Assembly: GCA_963924565.1 (NCBI GenBank)
Contig: OZ004608.1
Span: forward strand, 1,922,001 to 1,986,000
Origin: Ascidiella aspersa
Lineage: Eukaryota
Reading direction: 5' to 3'
Length of the DNA: 64,000 nucleotides
Shown here in pieces: positions 55,745-64,000 of this stretch (positions are counted from its first letter, which is position 1; each line of letters begins with the position of its first letter). Position numbers and translations under genes: made by a program. Under the pieces are notes generated by a model, which searched no databases, had not been told where the DNA came from, and saw only the letters and a program-made list of their open reading frames with translations.

Positions 55745-55880
55745 CCGATAAATCGGATCGGAGCCGATACCCGATACCAAGTGGTTGTATCGGTTATCGT
55801 CCGATACTAGGGTGGTATCGGTGCTGATCCGATAATAAACTAATATCGGAACCATGGTTTGTGATTCAACCCAGCGGTTC
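55745..55880 (+). repeat. Dispersed repeat (ggatcggagccgatacccgat...ggtggtatcggtgctgatc)
   Basis: Related copies at ~24556-24690, 38675-38730, 53965-53992, 52935-52990(-) and 39590-39645(-). Confidence 0.7.
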
Positions 55881-56124
55881 TACAGCAAAAGTCGATTTTT
55901 TTAAAACGTTTATATTTATGTCGGATCTCACATGTGAACGATTCAAATATTAGGTCGGTGGCTTCGTATTTTTAACGAGGTAGTTTAAGGCTTATTTAAA
56001 GATAGGTTTCTTTTTGACCGAAATGCGTTGAAAATGAACCAGAGCAGTTCTCCTTAAACTATAGACGACCCATATGAGAGCAAACATATCGCAAAATGAA
56101 AGTTGAATGCAACTATTCTTGCCT

Positions 56125-56317
56125 TAATAAGAATATCAAAGCCCATACAGAAGTAGGCACATTTTGAACGTTTCGAATAACTCTTTATTCATTTTCAACA
56201 TATCTTTATTCATTTTTCAGATGTTGAAAATGAATAAAGAGTTATTCGAAACGTTCAAAATGCTACATACTTCTGTATGGGCTTTGATATTCTTATTACG
56301 TCTTACTACAACCTCCA
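56125..56317. mobile_element. Foldback/palindromic MITE family (aaagcccatacagaagtagg)
   Basis: ~75-bp near-perfect inverted arms around a ~19-nt spacer. Related copies at ~5710-5785, 9225-9470, 35245-35370, 45517-45662 and 63595-63640. Confidence 0.8.
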
Positions 56318-58014
56318 ACCATTATGCTCCAAAGTTTATATTCTTGCCTTGTTTTACGATACTTTTTCGCAGACCGTATTTTTTGTTAATTTTTTTAGAA
56401 TAAGGAGATAAAATTTAAAATATGTTTCGAAGGTTCACAAATAGTTTAAGAAGAACTGCTTAGAGGGTTGTGTGAAGTGTAAGGTTGGCAATAAGCTAAA
56501 ATAACTTTTTTAAAGAAAGAAAGCAATAAATTATCAGGGGTTTCCTAATGTTTAACAAAACGGCGATTGAGTTAAAAAATTACAAAAAACGCGCCTCGTA
56601 AAGTGTAGCGACTTTTTAGTTATGTTGAGAAACCTTGTAAAGCGAAACCTGCGGTATTTGATTTCGTTTTCTTCGCGAGTGAGACTGAAATATTGCGACT
56701 TTGATATTCAAGGATGGTGGAAAGGAACTAATATTTATGAAAAAAACAATCAAGGTTTGAAAATAAAACTTTTCTCATATCGATAGGTACTTAAAGCCAG
56801 CTTATTGAGAACCTGTTGGTCGAAATGGCTTCACGTTTTGTGAATGGGAATATATTGGTGGGACGCATTTATGGGCAAGATATTTGCGGGTGAGGTTTAA
56901 GCGACCAAACGGAACCGTAAAATAAAATGTCACATTAAAAAGTGAATGTTTTTTAAATTGCTATTCGTTTATAGAGGGGTTGGACAATTTTCACAATTTT
57001 TTGCGATCTGTCATAATTTCTGTCAATATTTGAGGCCAGTTGTGGTTTTAGCTTCAATTAAGCGCTAAAATACAAAAAGGACGAACGTAGACACAGAAAT
57101 GGGACAAGACGGGAAAATGCGTGCTCGAAAAATGCGAGAAAGCGTGTGTAATGAAATGGCGACACCGTGCGGGTGTTTGGCGGGGTAACATCGGCCGCTA
57201 GGGGCGCACCGGAGCGAAAACTTGGCGCGGACGGAAAAAATCACGCCGGGGTTAGTTAAAGTGGGAAAGTACCGGATATTAAGGTCGCAAAAGCTACAAA
57301 GCGGAGGTTTTTCGGTTTAGCACCATTATTTATCATTTTTCTACAGCGAAGCACCGTGTTTTCACCTACATAAAGGCCACCGCGAAATTAAAATAAAAAA
57401 CAATCTATTTTCGATAAAATGTTTACAACGTAAAGGTTACGCGCGCAATAAAACAAATAAAAACGCGTTAATCGATGCGATCGCGGGAGAATAAAGTAGA
57501 AAAAAAAGCACCAAAAAACACCAACAACAACAAAAGGCTTTCTGAATAATATTCTGTGGAACATTTTGGGTTTGGCACCGTCGTTTGTTTTCGGCGCAAT
57601 TCTAAACAAAAAAGTAAAATTCAAAGACACGGTGGAAAGGCAACAACACATTTGTTGAATTTCTTCGCGCTGAGATCAAAAAAATGCAGAAAAGTGTCAA
57701 AAAGGCACGAAATAATGGGTTTCCGCATCACTGCTTGTTCAATGGTGTTGCATGTTGCGGAGATGCAAGTTGTTATGTACAAAGTTGTTCTGAAATCCAT
57801 AAATGGCAGAAGGTAAAATGCTGTTCTCACTGTTTGATAAAAACTAGTTAGTACGATTATCTTTAAATAAATAACAGTGCTGTAATATCTAGAGTGCCTT
57901 CATTTTTCAATATAGCATATTTTAACATTTTCTATTGATTGGTAAAAAAACGGGTTAGAGAGCCGCATGCCTTCGGAACCGGTTTTATCGGAATTAGTTG
58001 TCTAGTCAGGATTG

Positions 58015-58282
58015 TAATGCAAGCAAGGTAAGGTTAATAATAAATTGAACCTCCGGTGAGAATTGAACTCACGACCTCGGTCATACCGCCGCTCTATTAA
58101 CTGAGCTACACGGGTTTAGAAGGGAGCAAGTCAATCAACAACCATAGCACTATTGTCTGCTGCATCCTTTTCGTAAAACTAGCTTGTGGTGAGATTCGAA
58201 CTCACGACCTCGGTCATATCGGGAACGTCGCGCTACCAACCGAGCTACACAGGGTCAGAAGGGAGCAAGTCGAGAAACATCT
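58015..58282 (-). mobile_element. Second copy of the dimeric tRNA-derived repeat
   Basis: The reverse complement has the same two units, leader (tttctcgacttgctccc.tct) and A/B boxes as 20726-20980. Confidence 0.75.
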
Positions 58283-59324
58283 GTACACCGTTAGACATAA
58301 AGTTTATAGATAAAACCAAAATTAATGGCAATACTTTAGAGCACACACTGTTACTCACGCACACAAAAATTCGTCGAAATATATAATTAAAAACTATTAG
58401 TTGTCTAAATATGCCCGGTAGTAGACAAATCACGCCACACAAGGTTTAACTTAACGTAAAAGTTTAAAATGTTTTACAGACACAATCACATCTATGAGAC
58501 AGCAGTTACACTTGAAATATTCCATATTAAACCCTGTGCTAGCATACAGAGCCATGTGATAGTTTAAGCGCGTGCCCTCTAAAAGACCAGAGTAAAGCAA
58601 GCATAGGTGAAGTTACGTGCTATAGGTCACGTAATACAACATGAGGGTGGCTTGTACGATTAAAGTTGCGACACACTTCCATTATTGTGTTTGCTGTTTA
58701 ACTTGCACAGCATTCACAAATACACACAAGCGTTATATAAGGAATGTGGCATTACGATAATGGACACGGAACTACCGCGAGTGAAAATTAAATCGAAGAA
58801 ATACTCGTTATAGGATGACGTTTATAGCTGTTCGCATTAAATTAATTTTTACCCTTTTGGAATCAATATCTTTATAACTCAAAAAAAGTAGCACTAAAAA
58901 TATCTAAATAAAAGTTTACGTTTTTCAAAGTAGGTTAGTTTTTTAGGTTTTTCTGTTTTATTTAAAATGGGAAAAGTTTTATAAAAAAAGAGAGGTATTT
59001 TAGCTTAATATAATTTTTATAACTTGAATAAAAATGTTACATAAGTCGAACGTTACGGGATTTCTTGCAATAAACCAAATATTTGATTTCTATAATATTT
59101 TGGTTTCTATAGATTTCTACTTTGACCCGATAAAGCACAGTTGTGCGAAAGCTTGTCAAGAATTCAATAGAATATGTCTGTATGAAGTGCAGCGTGATTC
59201 CTCTATTTGGTTTCTGTAGACATTCATGATATTAAATAATTTATATGAAACAAAATAACTCTACAAGCATGTAAAAATTACCTTTTGGCGGGAAATTGGC
59301 GTTTGGCGGGAAATTGGCGGACTC

Positions 59325-61330
59325 CTATTGGCTCTGCGTGGATAGCTCGGACGCCTGCTGCCTCTGGTGGTGAACTTGGGTGCAAAGGTCAAGGGCAGGG
59401 TCAGCGAACTCGTCAGCCGACTCAACTATGCTCGTCTGTGAAGCAAACGTTAGATTAGTAAAAAAACAACTGAATCAGAGGTTCTAAGGTCGGTCTATAA
59501 TATAGGAGTTATCAATTTTTTTTCAAAAAAGACTTAAAACTTTGCTGTAATCGTTGTAGCAATATTTCTTAGCTGCTTTGTAGTTCTTTATTGGTTTAAC
59601 TCGGGGGCTCGGAGTCTGCCCGGGACTGGGAACCCGAGGTCGACGTGCGCATGCACAGTACCAAATTAAAAAAATGGAATATTTACCTATTTTGTCAAAA
59701 TAGAAATAACTTAAAATATTGCTGTAATGGTTGTAGCAAAGATTCTTAGCTGCTTTGTAGTCGTTTGGGTGACTTTTTCTACTTATGACAATGTTTTTCC
59801 CCCAAAAAATTGTGTCACCTTTTAATGTGCTTGGGTCGCCAACTGCGGTAGTTTTATGTGGTTAGGTTAATTGAGATTGGTTCTTGTGCAAAAAAAATTC
59901 TTTAACTTATTTAACGCGTATCCCTAAACAATTTTTAGGGGGTGCTTTGACAAGGGTTAGCATGAAACTTTTTAGAGATGACGTCATAAGATAGGCGAAG
60001 TTAAATAACTTGCTATTTCCGGTCGAACTCATGCGCGAATAAAAAAATGAGTCTAAATACATTGAAGGTGAGAGTGAGGCCAAAGCGTAATTAATCTCTT
60101 TAAAACATAAAGCCAAACTGAGGCTTTCTTGGACTCAAAAAATACAACAAACGGACCCCAGTTTAAGAACCCCTGCTTTAGATCTTTAGATCTTTATCAA
60201 ACATTCCAAGTTCACCTTATCTGGAAGCGATAAGAACCGACCAAGTTAATACGAAGGATTTCCTCAATAAACCGCAAACCATTCGAGGGATTGCGGATCG
60301 GGGATGGTCGGAGACGACTTCCTCTACGGTGTTTGTTTTGACTTTTGTGATAATGACGTCATCCAAATATAGAAATGACGTCATGATACATGGGTTCAGT
60401 AGAGGGTAAAAGCCGTTTTCCATTTAAGTTAATGCTTGGTTAAAGCGGAAGAGCAATAATGGATTCTGCTTGAGATATGATCTGGTGTTTTGTGGAGATG
60501 CATTTAGTTAAGTGGAGATTGCTGGAAGTTAATCACTGCGAGCAAAAAGCAATCTGGCTTTGCATCAAATATCGTGCTTAAAATACGTGCCGTTTTGGGA
60601 ATAGGGATTACCGGTGAAGATTTTTGCTTTTTAAGATTGAAAATATATGCGTTTGCAAATTTATGAGCAACTATATTTTAAAATCCGCTCACCTAATATT
60701 CTAGGTTTAATATTTAAAAAAAAATTTTAAATTTTAATTTAGGTTAAATTAAATTTTTTTAGTATTGCGAATGTCCATATTTGTTTTTTTACATAATCTC
60801 AAAGTTTTATCTTTACTTTTTTATACTTTTTCGTATAGCCATGTTTTTTTTGCGAATTTTCACGCTTTTTGTACGTACAATAATATTTAACCCCCATTTT
60901 TTACATTTTCACCCTAACCCTCACCAGCGACTCGCTTCTCCACAAACTTTATTTTTAAATATTTTTATAACTTTTTGATAATCATATACTAAATAATTTT
61001 CACAGTTTTTATACGTGCAATAATATTTTACCCCCACTTTTTTACATTTTCTCCCAAACACTCACCAGTGACTCGCCCAAAGTGTCTTTTATTTTTTTTA
61101 CCAATTTCACACTTTCCGTTCGTACAAGAATATTTTAACCCTATTTGTTTAATTTCATCCAAAACTCACCAGGGACTCGCTCCTCCCCAAACTGATCCTG
61201 GTGCCCCTCTTGCTCAGGGGATCTCCCTCCTCACCCGGGGATTCCCCCTCACCCATCACGAACACGCGGCTCAAGCGACGCGTCAAACTCACGCAACTCA
61301 CGCGGTTCATGGAGTGGCGTGTGATGTCAC
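59325..61330 (-). CDS. 3' exons of an unidentified protein-coding gene (exon 61330-61170 + terminal exon 59435-59325); upstream exons not identified
   Basis: Two GC-rich islands with good splice sites (tgcatcacag / gtgagt; tgcttcacag) join in phase: (G)DITRHSMNRVSCVSLTRRLSRVFVMGEGESPGEEGDPLSKRGTRISLGRSESL-TSIVESADEFADPALDLCTQVHHQRQQASELSTQSQ*. The tail is Ser/Arg-rich and looks disordered; no family recognised. Confidence 0.6.
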
Positions 61331-62076
61331 CTGTGATGCAACACTGACGTCATTACGGTGGGGAGTTGTTAAAATGATTTAGTGGGTTGAATATCTAACT
61401 AAATAATAGCGATAAAGTTGGACATAGAACATTGACGGAGGGCAATTATTTTTAACTGGGGGTCGCATGACACCGAGTGTATTTTACGGCTATGTCAAAT
61501 TGTGGATCTTAAATACAAATATTATGGAGTGTAATGTCTTTTTTGTTTTGAAGTGTTATTCTTCACAAAAAAGCAAAATAGAATTGTTTTGTTTTGACTG
61601 ATAAGAGTAAGAATAGGTAACGAAATCTTACGAGCGTAATTTCAATAAAAAGTAAAAACGTAAAAGCTTATTTTTGCTAAAACGATTTAGAAGAAATGAG
61701 ACGCGGGGCGTGTTTTGCCCAGGTCTGACTTGAAGGAACATTGGATCCAGTACTAAAGTGCCATTGTGTGAAAGTTCTACTACAACAATGCTAATATCGA
61801 CGTCACAATTGATAGGAGTTTGAAGTGAGTCTGACAATAAATAACAAAGCTGAGATAGAAGTAGGTGTCTGCTGAAATCTTTAAAATAAACCGTTAAAAC
61901 AAGCAGGTTAGCAGTGGCCAAAGGTGAAGTGTTAGTCGTAAAACTTGAACAATAAGAAATTGAATCGCTGTAACGTTGATCAACGTAAACGTTTATTTTT
62001 GTAGAATCTCTCGCAGACGATAAATGTAAAAAAATCCTTGCTTTCAAATCGCTCAAATATATTAGACTGTTTAGGC

Positions 62077-62493
62077 CAAGGGTTCTTCACCTTTTTTGCA
62101 TGTTTTACCCTTTTAACAAAGATGAATATCAGATTTACCCCAAATATATAAAATGGTTCTATTTTTTTGAAAAACGAGTAGCAAATTTTATCAGTTATGA
62201 TGTAACAATGAAGTTAAGAGATAAGGATGTTGCCAATTAACTAAAATAGCCATCATCGCGAAAAATAATGTTACCGACACTAGATGATAAAGAATTAATA
62301 GGCTACTATAGGCTAACATCGAATCGAATTAGCAGTTAATCTGAACTGGGAAAGTAGGCCACCAATACCTACGGCTTGCACACTTTTCCTGTCCTGTCAA
62401 CTGATGTGGATATTTTGATTGATAGCTCATTTACCCCCTAAAACGAGAAAATTTACCCCCTGGGGTAAATTTAACCCAGGTTAAGAATGGCTG
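62077..62493. mobile_element. hAT (Charlie-like) MITE
   Basis: Termini caagggttcttcacc / ggttaagaatggctg with a perfect 8-bp TSD gtttaggc (62069-62076, 62494-62501). Confidence 0.8.
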
Positions 62494-64000
62494 GTTTAGG
62501 CGAAAACGGATATAAAGCTGATATGTGACATATATGTGCGAATATTTTAAAGAAAAAAGGCCCAACATTTGGACAATTTCTATGAATCTTAGTTTTGGCT
62601 GCTTTTCTGTTGTGATCCGCAACAAAACTCCTAGGAAAGTCGTAAAACCACTATTATTGGAATGTTACGTCACCCAAGCACCAGTAACCCACATCAACGT
62701 GGGTGGTCTTTGGGGGGTTGCATCGCTGGGTTTAACAATATTTACAGTTTACGGCTAAACTTCCAGGATCACACACAGCACAAAGCAGCCTTGAAATGCC
62801 AGTCACATTCTGCGCAGCTTTTTGCCCAGGACTGTTTAACATTTGTTTTATGTTTTTCGTTTAATTTAACATTCGAAAAAATGGTCTCTGTTATTTATCT
62901 GTTTTTCCTTTTATAGTAACGCAGTGGTTTTCTTTTATTGGCTTGAGGCACCTTACAGAAATTATAAATAGTTCGCCGCACCCTTGCTAGTATTTTTGCT
63001 GAGTGGTTAACTGTAACGTTACAATAAACGGGATTGAAACAGCGCATTAACAGTGCAACAAGGTTGAAAAAAACTTTTCATTTTTTGGCATTTTTATCGT
63101 ACACAAAAAATTGTATTAAGAAGCCTACCAATAGAACAAAAAATGGTGTCTAAAGACTTTGAAATATCTCTTGGCACCCTTGAGCGTGAAAAATGACACT
63201 CTAAAGTGACGCAGCACCCCGGTTAAGAAGCACTATAGTACCGAAAAGGCGAACTGGTTGGAAAAGGGTCGTCTATTACGAAGTGGCCATATAAGTCTTC
63301 TAAACCATCTACAAGCTCAAAATGCGTTGGAAAACATCATAAAAGGAATTATTTCTTGCAAACCTGACTCAAATTATTATTCCTTTTCACGGCGGTGTTA
63401 TGAAGGTTACTAGTACTATAAAAACAAATGGCGTAAGATTTACTATTGCGTTTATGAAGTGCCACCCACATACCAATAAATGTATTTAATGTTTTTTCAC
63501 CCACGCCTAAAAAATTCCAATAAAACTGATACAAAATTACGTTTCCAATAAATATTTTGTAACTCTTTATTGTTGAAAATAAATAAATAGTTATTCAAAA
63601 TGTTCATAAAATGCTACATACTTCTGTATAGGCTTTGATAAAACACACATTGTTTAGAGGACACTAGTGATTTTATGATAGCACCACTAACAATAAACGG
63701 CTATCGACAAAAGCCACAATATCGATCTATTTACATTCCACCTGCGGTTAGAAACACTTTACAGCACAGGTCGATATTAGAAAGAAGACTGAAAACTCGC
63801 AACATACGATTAAATCACACAGCAAATGACTCAGTTCCCTTTTTACGAATAGTTCAAGCGTTTGTGGTCGTTTATATCTTTATTTCGTTTCTAGATTGTT
63901 CAAGTCCAAGGCGGGCTATTCGCAAAAAAAAACCTGAAGGGATGAATAAACACTGGTATAACACCAATAACAAATCCCCGCTATGGACAAAAGCCGCTAA

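Noticed and set aside
61628-62916. ORFs 61628-62056 and 62431-62916 as upstream exons of the unidentified gene
   Set aside because: I could not find a convincing in-phase acceptor/donor pair, and part of the region is a hAT MITE.

Overview
AT-rich, intron-rich animal genomic DNA with no prokaryotic features, most likely an ascidian (tunicate). I assembled four genes by hand using GT-AG junctions with consistent reading phase. (1) A 4-exon minus-strand neuropeptide precursor (7328->4080, 129 aa) that the ORF track misses: signal peptide + GHWTKWWKPGLQNTG-GKR. This is an extended GnRH-family peptide resembling Ciona GnRH-X but starting with Gly instead of pyroGlu, with a possible second amidated peptide. 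(2) CFAP57/WDR65 (+, 25 exons, 17442-35067, 1233 aa) with an upstream RFX X-box. (3) ALG2 mannosyltransferase (-, 8 exons, 51158->37757, 409 aa), convergent with CFAP57. (4) The last exons of an unidentified minus-strand gene (61330->59325). The non-coding DNA holds many MITE families (hAT-like, Merlin-like, foldback), a dimeric tRNA-derived element and CRE-bearing repeats. Local tandem duplications repeatedly overlap splice junctions.
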